This document shows, piece by piece, positions 18,841-27,414 of a stretch of DNA of 51,963 nucleotides. Source of the DNA: a virus (lineage: Duplodnaviria; Caudoviricetes); the IMG/VR virus record IMGVR_UViG_3300032770_000028, positions 1 to 51,963 of that record; one strand, written 5' to 3'. The position numbers were made by a program, and so were the translations under genes. Each line of letters begins with the position of its first letter. The first letter of the stretch is position 1. A model generated the notes under the pieces. It saw nothing but the letters and a program-made list of their open reading frames with translations. It searched no databases and was not told the origin of the DNA.

Positions 18841-19033
18841 GGAAAAGTGTCTTGAGGACGCGCTACGCTATGCCGTGCTCATCATTCAGAGTTACGAGTC
18901 TGATATACGTAATTCGGATTGGGTGGGCATAGACCTTGTCAAGCGCGGGTTCTGCCAAGGCGATATTTATCGGGGCGCGCTCAAAATGATTGAGCGCCTG
19001 TCTGAACCAGACAGGGTCACATTGCATGGCTGA
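18827..19033 (+). CDS. Small hypothetical protein
   Basis: GGGGAG SD; overlaps both neighbouring GT genes; more AT-rich. Confidence 0.55.
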   Translation: MPMSKEKCLEDALRYAVLIIQSYESDIRNSDWVGIDLVKRGFCQGDIYRGALKMIERLSEPDRVTLHG

Positions 19034-19859
19034 CCAGCAAGTGCAAGTGCCGCCGGGTTGCGTGTTTCTGACCACGTACGGCTTGCTCAGGCACGAGACA
19101 CACCGCTGCATCATGGAAATGCGCAGCCATTGCGAGAAGAACGGGCTCTTCAACATCGCGTGGGAATCCATTCCCGGCATGCTCGTGGACATGGCGCGCA
19201 ACCAAGCCGTAGCCACGATGCTCAGCAAGCCCCCGCTCCAGTGGCTGCTGTTCGTCGATGGGGACGCCACGTTCCAACCCGACGCGCTCATGCGCCTGCT
19301 GCTCTTTGCCTACCGCGACATGCCGAGCGCGGACATTGTGGGCGCGTACAATCCCTTGCGTTCTTCGCCGCACTTGCCGACCATCGATACCGGCACCGGC
19401 ACGTGGGAATCTCATCTGCCGATGAGCGGCCCGATGGAAGTGATGCGCACGGGTAGCGCGTTTGTTTTGCTCAAGCGTCATGTGTTCGAGCGCATCCCCG
19501 GCCCATGGTATGGGGTTAAGAACATGATGCGCCCGATTGACGCGCTGGCCGAAACAGATACGTTTGCGAGAACGAAGTTCGATGGCCGGAACCCCTTGGC
19601 GAACACGCCGGAGTGGCAAGCGTTGTTGAAGTGCGCCAAAGAGGAACAGTCCACGTTTGCACCGCCCGATCCGGTGAGTTTTGTCGGGGAAGATAGCGGT
19701 TGCCTCGATAAGGCTATGTTTGCCGGATGCTCCGCGTGGGTCTTGACAGACGTGGTATGCGGCCACGTGGCTGACAGAATTATCACAGCGGCAGATCATC
19801 GTCGGGCGCTTGGTGAGAACGCACTCAGGCGCAGGCAACTTGTAGGGATAACCCGGTGA
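19026..19859 (+). CDS. GT-A fold glycosyltransferase
   Basis: ARNQAV..WLLFVDGD..TGSAFVLLKRHVF..GED..CGH. Confidence 0.78.
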   Translation: MADQQVQVPPGCVFLTTYGLLRHETHRCIMEMRSHCEKNGLFNIAWESIPGMLVDMARNQAVATMLSKPPLQWLLFVDGDATFQPDALMRLLLFAYRDMPSADIVGAYNPLRSSPHLPTIDTGTGTWESHLPMSGPMEVMRTGSAFVLLKRHVFERIPGPWYGVKNMMRPIDALAETDTFARTKFDGRNPLANTPEWQALLKCAKEEQSTFAPPDPVSFVGEDSGCLDKAMFAGCSAWVLTDVVCGHVADRIITAADHRRALGENALRRRQLVGITR

Positions 19860-20494
19860 AATCTTGCTCTCAGTGTTTCCGCGAACTTGATGAGAGTTGC
19901 TTTCCTCGTATCAAGGCACGGGGCAACCGCGCCGGTTCGTGGTGCAGAGAGTGTTGCGCCAAAAAGAGTGGCGAGTCTTACCGTGCCCACAAAGAGCGTG
20001 CGGCAAAATGGAGCAGAGAATATCGGAAAACGCATGCCGCAGAGATTCGCGAGCGCAATAAACGGTACTACGCTGAAGGGGCAGCAGAACAAATAGCCAA
20101 AGCAGTTGCATGGGCGCGTGCCCACCCAGAACGTCGGCGTGCCACGCGTGCCAAGTGGGCCGCTGCGCATCCCGATCTGGACAAGAAGGCCAAGGTCGAG
20201 TGGAAGCGTCGAAATCCCGACAAGTTAGCCGAGGAGTCAGCACGTCGTCGGGCCAGGAAGCTTAACGCTCCGATCAATGATTTGAGTGGGCGGGTGTGGC
20301 CACTAGTGCAAGCGGTGTTCCGCAACCGTTGCGTATACTGTGGCGAGACGAAGAAACTGACACGCGACCATGTTCAGGCGCTGACCAGGGGCGGCGATCA
20401 CTCGTTGCACAACATTGCCCCGGCGTGCCAATCGTGTAATTCGCGGAAGCACAATGGCCCCGCGCCGACTTTCTGGTGGAAGCGGCGTGTCTAG
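19856..20494 (+). CDS. HNH endonuclease
   Basis: CVYC..TRDHVQALTRGGDHSLHNIAPACQSCNSRK. Confidence 0.9.
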   Translation: MKSCSQCFRELDESCFPRIKARGNRAGSWCRECCAKKSGESYRAHKERAAKWSREYRKTHAAEIRERNKRYYAEGAAEQIAKAVAWARAHPERRRATRAKWAAAHPDLDKKAKVEWKRRNPDKLAEESARRRARKLNAPINDLSGRVWPLVQAVFRNRCVYCGETKKLTRDHVQALTRGGDHSLHNIAPACQSCNSRKHNGPAPTFWWKRRV

Positions 20495-20666
20495 ACTCAC
20501 CGCAGTTCCGAGCGGCGTGACGTGCGGCGTGTGCGCGGGCTGGAGCAACGGCGGCTACCGCGAGCAAGAACTCGTCTATACCAGTTGGAACTCGCGGCTG
20601 AGCAATGCCTGCTGCCCGAATTGCGGGGTGCAGTACACGTGGGCAAGGAGCGCGTATGACGCTTAG
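20487..20666 (+). CDS. Small zinc-ribbon protein
   Basis: CGVC...CPNC; overlaps both neighbours. Confidence 0.45.
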   Translation: MSRLTAVPSGVTCGVCAGWSNGGYREQELVYTSWNSRLSNACCPNCGVQYTWARSAYDA

Positions 20667-21255
20667 GGCAACCGTGGGGCTGGCGCTGGCCTGCGTGCTG
20701 GTGGGTGGCATTGCGGGCTACTGCTATCAGGGCAAGACCGTGGACGCTGCGTACCAGCGGCTGGATAGTGCGTACGTAAATTACAGGCGGCAGCAACCGA
20801 AGGTGGACAGCGTGGACCGCTGGCGCGTGGACACCGTGCGGATCGTGGGCCACGCCATCGCGGGCGACTCGCTCAAGGTGGACAGCCTGACGCGCATCAT
20901 CGCGGGCAAGGACTCGGCCTTCGCTGCCCATCTGCGCGAGGACTCGGCTTCCACGGGCGAGTTCACGGCCTTCGCTCAAGCCGTGCAGGAACGCGACTCG
21001 ACCGAGCGTGCCCAGATCGCCAGCCTCAAGTTCGTCGTGGCCCAGCAGGACACGGATGCCGTGGCGCTGCGCGGGCGGCTGATGCAGGCCAACGCCCTGC
21101 TCGCGCAAGCGATAGGCGTCTCCCGACAACTGGCGAGCCGGGCCGACCGCCGCTGGCACCTCGTGGCCTACGCGGGCTACGGCGCCACCGTTGCCGCCGG
21201 CACGCTCCACGCCGGTCCCCAGGTGGGTGTCGGGATTGGCTATACCCTCTGGTAG
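20656..21255 (+). CDS. Spanin-like membrane protein
   Basis: AAGGAG SD; N-terminal TM, coiled-coil middle, C-terminal amphipathic beta-hairpin ending YTLW. Confidence 0.55.
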   Translation: MTLRATVGLALACVLVGGIAGYCYQGKTVDAAYQRLDSAYVNYRRQQPKVDSVDRWRVDTVRIVGHAIAGDSLKVDSLTRIIAGKDSAFAAHLREDSASTGEFTAFAQAVQERDSTERAQIASLKFVVAQQDTDAVALRGRLMQANALLAQAIGVSRQLASRADRRWHLVAYAGYGATVAAGTLHAGPQVGVGIGYTLW

Positions 21256-21294
21256 CGGGTAGATTATAGGGAGACGGTTTACCGAGGAGACACG

Positions 21295-21411
21295 ATGCGC
21301 CGGGTGGTCATGCTGGCCGCAGGGCTGGTCCTCCTTGCTGCGGCGCTCCACTGGAGTCCGCGCCGCCCGGCGCCCCTCTCGCGGCGTGAGGCCGCAGGAT
21401 ACGGACACTAA
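21295..21411 (+). CDS. 38-aa membrane/signal peptide-like protein
   Basis: GAGGAG SD; MRRVVMLAAGLVLLAAALHW. Confidence 0.5.
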   Translation: MRRVVMLAAGLVLLAAALHWSPRRPAPLSRREAAGYGH

Positions 21412-21414
21412 TCC

Positions 21415-22002
21415 ATGCCCATTACGTGGAACGAAGCCTCTCCCGCTGATACCGACGGCGCCGGCACGGCCGCCAGCGCTCTGCGGTCCCTCAAGGCCAA
21501 TCTCGCTACTGGACTCGCCACGTCCGTGTACTGGCCGGGCAGCGGCGGGGCGTCGGCGGCCAGCGCAGGTTGGCCCAAGATCGGGACGGCACGGCCCCTG
21601 TATGGTACGCAGTCGCAGGTGAGTGCCTATGCCGATGCCTTCCTGATGCTCACCAGTGATACCAGCCGCCTGTTCGCCGTGAACAGCGCTTCCACGGTGT
21701 TCCTCGGGGGCTCGCGGGTGATTGAGTCCTCGACCACGTCGATGGCCGTGAACACGCACTACATCCTGGCGACGGGCCAGCTTCAGAACAGCGTGGTGGG
21801 CGGGTACGGCGTCACGTTCACGCAGGCCCCGGCGCTCATTCTTCAGAACACGGGCGTGAGCGGGTCGGCCACCGCGATCATTCGGGGCGCTCCGTCGGCT
21901 ACCACCTTCATCTTTGATGCCTGGATGCTCGGTTCTAGCTTCACCGCCACGGCATCCACCATCACCTTCACGTACCTGGCCTACGGCCCCGTGAGTTTCT
22001 AG
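21415..22002 (+). CDS. Short tail fibre-like protein, paralog 1
   Basis: WNE..P.D.D...A.RSL...WPGSGG.S.ASAGWP N-terminus; Ser/Thr-rich. Confidence 0.6.
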   Translation: MPITWNEASPADTDGAGTAASALRSLKANLATGLATSVYWPGSGGASAASAGWPKIGTARPLYGTQSQVSAYADAFLMLTSDTSRLFAVNSASTVFLGGSRVIESSTTSMAVNTHYILATGQLQNSVVGGYGVTFTQAPALILQNTGVSGSATAIIRGAPSATTFIFDAWMLGSSFTATASTITFTYLAYGPVSF

Positions 22003-22003
22003 C

Positions 22004-22663
22004 ATGGCCATCGGCTGGAACGAGTTGCTGCCGAACGACAGCGATTTCTACGCGGGCGACGCCTCGGCCGTACGGAGTCTTGAAACGTCGTTCGCGCAGG
22101 GCATCAGCAACGCGCTGATGTGGCCGGGGAGCGGCGGCAGGAGTTCGGCAAGCGCGGGCTGGCCGCAGTTCGGATTCGGCAGCCGTCCGTGCCTGGACGT
22201 ACAAAGTAACCTCTCCTCCACGGTGTCGGCCTCGCTGATGCTGTCACTGGACTCGGCGTTCACGAGTTCCTCTACGTTCACGATGCGTCTCTGGGACACG
22301 TCCTCCGTCACCACGCAGGTGGTCGGGGGGCGCCTCGCCGTGGAGCACTACTGGCTCCAAGACGGCACCTTCTCGCTGGTCACGGAGGCCGGTCCCCCCA
22401 AGGGCACGCGCTGGGTGATGAGCGGGGGCACGGTCTCGGCCAGCAGCGCGGCGGTGTTCGGTGTCACCTACGGGGCGCCACCGCGCGTGTGGGGAACCGG
22501 GCAGGCTTCGACGTTCCCCGGCGGGATGGAGGAATCGGCGGTGTCGCTCTCGGGCATCACCACGGGTGGCTGCTACACGAACATCGTGTACTGGAACGGG
22601 AGTTCGGAGAATTTGCTGGTGGGCGTGGTGCACTGGCTGAGTCTCGGCACGGTGGCGTTCTGA
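22004..22663 (+). CDS. Short tail fibre-like protein, paralog 2
   Basis: Same N-terminal block as the upstream gene. Confidence 0.6.
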   Translation: MAIGWNELLPNDSDFYAGDASAVRSLETSFAQGISNALMWPGSGGRSSASAGWPQFGFGSRPCLDVQSNLSSTVSASLMLSLDSAFTSSSTFTMRLWDTSSVTTQVVGGRLAVEHYWLQDGTFSLVTEAGPPKGTRWVMSGGTVSASSAAVFGVTYGAPPRVWGTGQASTFPGGMEESAVSLSGITTGGCYTNIVYWNGSSENLLVGVVHWLSLGTVAF

Positions 22664-24582
22664 TGGCCGTCAAGCGCAGTGGCTCGGGCAAGTACGGGAC
22701 GGGCGTGAGCTTGCCGCAGCCCCCGGCCGCGCCCACGTTCGGGACCGCCTTCGAGGGGCCGCAGAAAGGCGGGCCGACGAGTGCGGCCACCACGATGGAG
22801 CCCAACTGGGGCCTGCCCATCGAGATGCCGCAGCAGCGGTTCCCGCGCAACTTCGCGTACCTGAAAGATCAGGAAACGCCGAAGCCCGAGCCCACGTTCG
22901 GCTCCGACGTGGGGGGCTCGATCTACCAGCCCACGCCCAATAACCCCACGCCCTACGGCACGGACGTGCGGGAGTACGGCAACTACCATTTCCTGAATCT
23001 GCCGCAGACCATCGTGAGCAAGGCCCAGCCGCTCACGTTCGGCCTCAACACGAAGGTGAGCCCACCCGATTTGCCCGCAGGCGTGACGCCGGTAGCCCAG
23101 AACTTCCTCGTCCGCGATGGCGGCATCGAGCCGCGCTACAAGCTGGCGCAGCTCTCGTCCACGAGTCTCCACGACTACACCGTGGGCCTGACGGAGTATT
23201 CCACCACCACGGGGGCCAAGTATCCGGTGGCTGTGAGCCCTGCCACGGTGGCGTGGTTCAACTCGCAGGGCGCCGTATGGTCGAACCTGTCGTATGTGGC
23301 AAACTCGGTGAACGTGAAACCCAGCGGCGCCAATACCGACTACTGGGATTTCGCCGTGACGTATCATCCCACGCTGGACGAGAACATCCTCGTCATGTGC
23401 AACGGGGTGAACCAGGCGTTCGAGTGGGACGGGCCGACGAGCGGCAGCGGCAGCAGCGCGGGGCTCTTTAGCGCGCTCACCAACGCCCCCACGGCCCGCT
23501 ACGTGGCGGAGTTCGATTCCCGCGTGCTGTTCGGCTACATCACCAGCGGGTCCAACGTGTACCCGCAGCGCATCATCTGGACGGGCAAGGGGCTGCCGGA
23601 GACGGCGAACCAGATCGCCTCAGATGGTGGGTTCTACGACCTGCTGGACGCCACGGGCCGGATTCAGCGGCTGGTGGAAGATGGCCAGCGCATCCTCGTG
23701 TTCTTCGAGTACGAGACGTGGCAGGGGTATCGGGCGGACTACCCGTTCGACTTGCAGTTCGTGCCGTTGCATCGGGGCGTGGGGCTGGCGGCGCCGTTCA
23801 GCGCGGCGAAGACTCCCTATGGCACGGCGTTCCTCGGCTCCGACTACCGCATCTACCTGATCCCGCCGGGCGGCACGCCGCAGTGCATCAGCGATGCCAT
23901 CTGGGCGAGTATGCGCGACGAGATTACGAGCCCACAACTCAGCGTGGGCGTGTTCGATCAGCGACTCAATGAATACCAGCTCTATTACCCGGTGGCGGGC
24001 GGCAGCGGGCGGCCCACGCACTCGCGGCACTACAACTTTGCGGACCAGACCTGGACGCCGCACACGTTCGGCATCGACATCGACGCCGCGACGAACGCCA
24101 CGCTTAGCAGCAGCGCCACCACGTTCGGTGGCCTCGTCGGTACGTTCCTTCAGCAGACCCTCACGTACGGGCAGTTGAGCGGCGTGGCGGGCCAGCGTAC
24201 GGTGCTGGCGGGCACGTCCGACGGGACGATTGGCCAGTTCGTCTCGGGCGCCACGGGCGACCTCGGCGCGAGCGTGGATGCCAAGTACCTCGCGCACATC
24301 GGGAATGCGGAATCCGACCGCCGGCTCATGCTCAGCGAACTCTGGATCGACTATCGCGCGGACAGCGCCAGTTCGCTCACCATCAGCGTGAGCCGGGATT
24401 TCGGGCAGAGCTTCGTGCAGAGCTACAGCGTGGCCTTGCCAGCCGCGAACCCCAGCGCGCAGACGGTGGTGCAGGTGGGGCTCAGCGCGGTGTATCCGAG
24501 CGTGCAATTGGAGGACGATCACGGCACGCGGTTCAGGATTCAGCGCGCGCTCGCCCGGCTAGAGGATACGGGCCGTGGCTAG
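22663..24582 (+). CDS. Tail nozzle/stabilisation protein (P22 gp10/T7 gp12-like role)
   Basis: TGATG start; about 640 aa beta-propeller-like sequence (FGLNT, MCNGVN, RIIWT, VGLAAPFS); position. Confidence 0.7.
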   Translation: MAVKRSGSGKYGTGVSLPQPPAAPTFGTAFEGPQKGGPTSAATTMEPNWGLPIEMPQQRFPRNFAYLKDQETPKPEPTFGSDVGGSIYQPTPNNPTPYGTDVREYGNYHFLNLPQTIVSKAQPLTFGLNTKVSPPDLPAGVTPVAQNFLVRDGGIEPRYKLAQLSSTSLHDYTVGLTEYSTTTGAKYPVAVSPATVAWFNSQGAVWSNLSYVANSVNVKPSGANTDYWDFAVTYHPTLDENILVMCNGVNQAFEWDGPTSGSGSSAGLFSALTNAPTARYVAEFDSRVLFGYITSGSNVYPQRIIWTGKGLPETANQIASDGGFYDLLDATGRIQRLVEDGQRILVFFEYETWQGYRADYPFDLQFVPLHRGVGLAAPFSAAKTPYGTAFLGSDYRIYLIPPGGTPQCISDAIWASMRDEITSPQLSVGVFDQRLNEYQLYYPVAGGSGRPTHSRHYNFADQTWTPHTFGIDIDAATNATLSSSATTFGGLVGTFLQQTLTYGQLSGVAGQRTVLAGTSDGTIGQFVSGATGDLGASVDAKYLAHIGNAESDRRLMLSELWIDYRADSASSLTISVSRDFGQSFVQSYSVALPAANPSAQTVVQVGLSAVYPSVQLEDDHGTRFRIQRALARLEDTGRG

Positions 24583-25012
24583 CCGCCCCGCGTTGGTAGT
24601 TTCGCCCACGGTTAAGCAACAGGCGCTGGCCTATCTGGCTGAGCGGTACGATGAGGATACGCGCGACATAGATGTGATTTGGCTGATGGCAGATATGGTT
24701 GAGCAGTTGCCCGCGAAAGTGCCTCTGCTGCAAACGCCCATTCCTGATGACCCGAACGGGTTGCCCGATGCGTTGTTCGCCTATCTACAACGATGGGCCA
24801 AAGTTCTGTCGGGTGTACGGGTGCTCACGGTATGTCATATGGGGGAGAATCGTAGCGGGCTGGCCAGCGCTTTGTTGCTGATGGCACAGGGCAAAACAGC
24901 CCAAGGGGCCATTGCGGCTATTCGGGCGTCGGGAACTCCGTTAACCGACAATCCGTACTTCCTGTGGAATCCGGGGTTCGTGCGCCAACTAGAGGCGGTC
25001 AGTGGCCAATAG
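24575..25012 (+). CDS. Dual-specificity/PTP-superfamily phosphatase
   Basis: CX5R loop VCHMGENRSG; upstream IPDD acid loop. Confidence 0.78.
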   Translation: MASRPALVVSPTVKQQALAYLAERYDEDTRDIDVIWLMADMVEQLPAKVPLLQTPIPDDPNGLPDALFAYLQRWAKVLSGVRVLTVCHMGENRSGLASALLLMAQGKTAQGAIAAIRASGTPLTDNPYFLWNPGFVRQLEAVSGQ

Positions 25013-25346
25013 CCCTGGCGCGCAGCGCATCGAGACGCCGCCTTCCACGGTGTCGGCCGATCTTTACGGCTGGCTCACACGGCTCGCGCTGGCCGTGAAC
25101 AACTTGCCAGCCATCAGTTACACGTCCTACGCCTCGCCGGAATCGAACGTCACGGGAGCGCCGGGCGACGTGCTGATTAACTTGGCGGCCGATAGTGGGG
25201 CGACCCGCGTGTGGTACAAGCAATCGGGGGCGACCAATACGCATTGGACAGGTATCGGTGCAGGTGGTGGGGGCACGGGGCCTAGCGGTGCGACAGGAGC
25301 AAGCAACTTGACGATTGCCTATGTAGCAGCGTGGTGTGGCGTATGA
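25002..25346 (+). CDS. Small tail-associated protein
   Basis: SPESNVTGAPGDVLIN...WYKQSG..NTHW motif of a type seen in fibre/spike modules. Confidence 0.55.
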   Translation: MANSPGAQRIETPPSTVSADLYGWLTRLALAVNNLPAISYTSYASPESNVTGAPGDVLINLAADSGATRVWYKQSGATNTHWTGIGAGGGGTGPSGATGASNLTIAYVAAWCGV

Positions 25347-26275
25347 TTGTTCTCGACGCCACAACGAAAGCCGTGGAGGTGGTGCTGTCGGCCGCCAAGG
25401 GTGCGAATGATATGGGGGCCTCGGCTTCTTATGCCGACACCAGCGCCATCACCTTCACCCCCGGTAGCTCGCAGGCTTCGACCAATGGCACGTCTGTGGT
25501 CACGCTCGTTACGGCTCCGGCTTCGGGCTACCAGCGGGTCGTGAAGGCCCTCACCGTATACAATCAAGACACCTCGTCGAATACGGTGACGGTGCGCATC
25601 AACTCCAACGGCACCCTGTATAACCAGACTGTGGTGAACCTGGCGGTGGGCGACACGCTGGAGTACAGCGAGACGTTTGGCTGGAAGGTGTTGGCCACGA
25701 CCGGCTACATCAAGAACTCGGCGGGCCTGACGAGTGTACTGGGTACAGCCAATCAAGTCACGCTGACGACGGCTAGCGGCGTGGCGACGGCAAGTTTGCC
25801 GAGTACGTTGACGGTGCCCGGCACGCTCCAGACTACGGGCATTTTCTGCACGCCCGATGGCACTGCCTCGGCGCCGAGCGATACGTTTACCAGCGAGCAG
25901 TCGCTCGGGTTCTATCGGTCGGGCGCGTCGGCCATTGCACAGTCCTACGGCCAGTTGCTGTCGGGAGACGGCACGGCGTCGTTGCCCCCGGATGCCTACT
26001 TGAGCGAGAAGTCGCTGGGTTTCTACCGTTCGGCCAGCAGCATCCAGCGCCTGAGTTACGGTACGTTGGATGCCAGTGCGGGCGGGTTCCTGTTCAAGAA
26101 CCTGGCGATGACCACGGCTACATCGAGTACGACAACCAGTTTCAGCGGCACCACGGCCAAGGTGGCCGATGGGACACTGTATTTCAGCGTGCTGTCGCTG
26201 ACTACGAATGGAGCGGAGTTCGGGTTCCGGTCGGGGCGTACCGTGTATCGGTTCGCGTCCGTGGGTGCCGGATGA
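25343..26275 (+). CDS. Ser/Thr-rich tail fibre-like protein
   Basis: ATGA overlap; two DGTAS.P....SE.SLGFYRS repeats. Confidence 0.68.
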   Translation: MIVLDATTKAVEVVLSAAKGANDMGASASYADTSAITFTPGSSQASTNGTSVVTLVTAPASGYQRVVKALTVYNQDTSSNTVTVRINSNGTLYNQTVVNLAVGDTLEYSETFGWKVLATTGYIKNSAGLTSVLGTANQVTLTTASGVATASLPSTLTVPGTLQTTGIFCTPDGTASAPSDTFTSEQSLGFYRSGASAIAQSYGQLLSGDGTASLPPDAYLSEKSLGFYRSASSIQRLSYGTLDASAGGFLFKNLAMTTATSSTTTSFSGTTAKVADGTLYFSVLSLTTNGAEFGFRSGRTVYRFASVGAG

Positions 26276-26526
26276 CCGTTGACTTCAGGGCGGGCGCCTA
26301 CACGGCCGCAGGAGCGTTCTTCGTGTTACGGGCAGTGCCACTACTCAAGAGTGCGTTGGGCGTGTTCAGCACCAACGGTAACGGCGGGAAGACCGAGTTC
26401 TACTTGGAGCAGATCGCCAGGAACACGGAGACGATGCGGGACTCGCTGGTGGGGCTCACGGCGAAGTTCGAGGCGCACGACAAGGCCACGCTGGACGGGC
26501 TGCGGGACTTGCGGGAGGGACAATGA
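26272..26526 (+). CDS. Membrane protein (holin/antiholin-like)
   Basis: N-terminal hydrophobic segment plus coiled coil; before the endolysin. Confidence 0.45.
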   Translation: MTVDFRAGAYTAAGAFFVLRAVPLLKSALGVFSTNGNGGKTEFYLEQIARNTETMRDSLVGLTAKFEAHDKATLDGLRDLREGQ

Positions 26527-26729
26527 AAAGCTTGCCGAAGGACTTGGTCGGGTTGGCGCTCGTCGTCTTTGGCGGGCTGGGATTGCTTGCCAAGGTGAGT
26601 CCGTGGCCCTGCGTGGCTGTAGTGGGGCTAGGCGGCGTGCTGATTGACACAGATGACATCATCAAGGTGCTGACCACGGTGGCCCCGTTCCTGTCCAAGT
26701 ATCTGCCCGGTGGCCCACCCGCCCCTTGA
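26523..26729 (+). CDS. Putative holin
   Basis: 68 aa, two hydrophobic segments, before the endolysin. Confidence 0.5.
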   Translation: MKSLPKDLVGLALVVFGGLGLLAKVSPWPCVAVVGLGGVLIDTDDIIKVLTTVAPFLSKYLPGGPPAP

Positions 26730-26753
26730 CAGGCGCCGCTCAACCCGTACATT
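26726..26753 (+). promoter_or_regulatory. sigma70-type promoter
   Basis: TTGACA-16 bp-TACATT. Confidence 0.6.
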
Positions 26754-26763
26754 AGGCGCGCAT

Positions 26764-26888
26764 GAGACATGAAGACAATGGGCCGGAGGAGTCGGGAGTA
26801 GTGACCCGAGACAGAAAGGGCTTGCAACCTGATCTGTATGGCGCAGAGGGTTCCGCGCGGAATCCAACACGCGCGCCGGCCATGTCTC
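26764..26888 (+). ncRNA. Candidate cloverleaf structured RNA (also spanned by a 43-codon ORF, 26762-26893)
   Basis: Nested stems GAGACATG/CATGTCTC and GGCCGG/CCGGCC enclose three hairpins. Confidence 0.35.
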
Positions 26889-26889
26889 T

Positions 26890-27414
26890 ATGACTGCCTT
26901 CTCTGACGCGTTGAGTCTGACCCTCACGTTCGAGGGAGGCTTCGTGGACGACCCAGTCGATCACGGGGGCGCAACGAACAGGGGCATCACGCAACGCGTC
27001 TACGACCACTACCGCAACGGGCTGAACCTCCCGCTTCGTACCGTACAGGACATCACCCCCGAAGAGCTGTCGTCCATCTACCTTTCCACGTATTGGGTGC
27101 CAGCCCGTTGCGACGATTTGGCCAAGGCTCCCGGCGTCAAGTTGGCGAAGGTGCACTTCGACGCCGCCGTGAATCACGGACCGGTTCGCGCCATCAAGTT
27201 CTTGCAGGAAGCGGTGGACGTGGAGCCGGATGGCATCTGGGGACCGGAAACGGCCGCTGCGACGGCCACGGCCGACGAGGCCGCCACGATTACCGCCTAT
27301 CTGGCAATCCGCATTGCCCGATACCATCACGACGTGGAGGTGGACCCCTCGCAGGCGAAGTTCCTGCCGGGCTGGCTCAAGCGGGTGGAGCAACTCCGAG
27401 CGGCCGTGTCGTGA
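26890..27414 (+). CDS. Endolysin, glycoside hydrolase family 108
   Basis: EGGFVDDPVDHGGATNRGIT, FDAAVNHG, DGIWGPET, FLPGWLKRV. Confidence 0.92.
   Translation: MTAFSDALSLTLTFEGGFVDDPVDHGGATNRGITQRVYDHYRNGLNLPLRTVQDITPEELSSIYLSTYWVPARCDDLAKAPGVKLAKVHFDAAVNHGPVRAIKFLQEAVDVEPDGIWGPETAAATATADEAATITAYLAIRIARYHHDVEVDPSQAKFLPGWLKRVEQLRAAVS

Noticed and set aside
8564-26275. Diversity-generating retroelement behind the repeated fibre motifs
   Set aside because: No reverse transcriptase and no long TR/VR pair differing at adenines was seen
26781-26882. Canonical tRNA (Ala-UGC or Cys-GCA)
   Set aside because: Arm lengths and the anticodon stem do not fit, and the CCA would overlap the acceptor stem; kept only as a tRNA-like candidate
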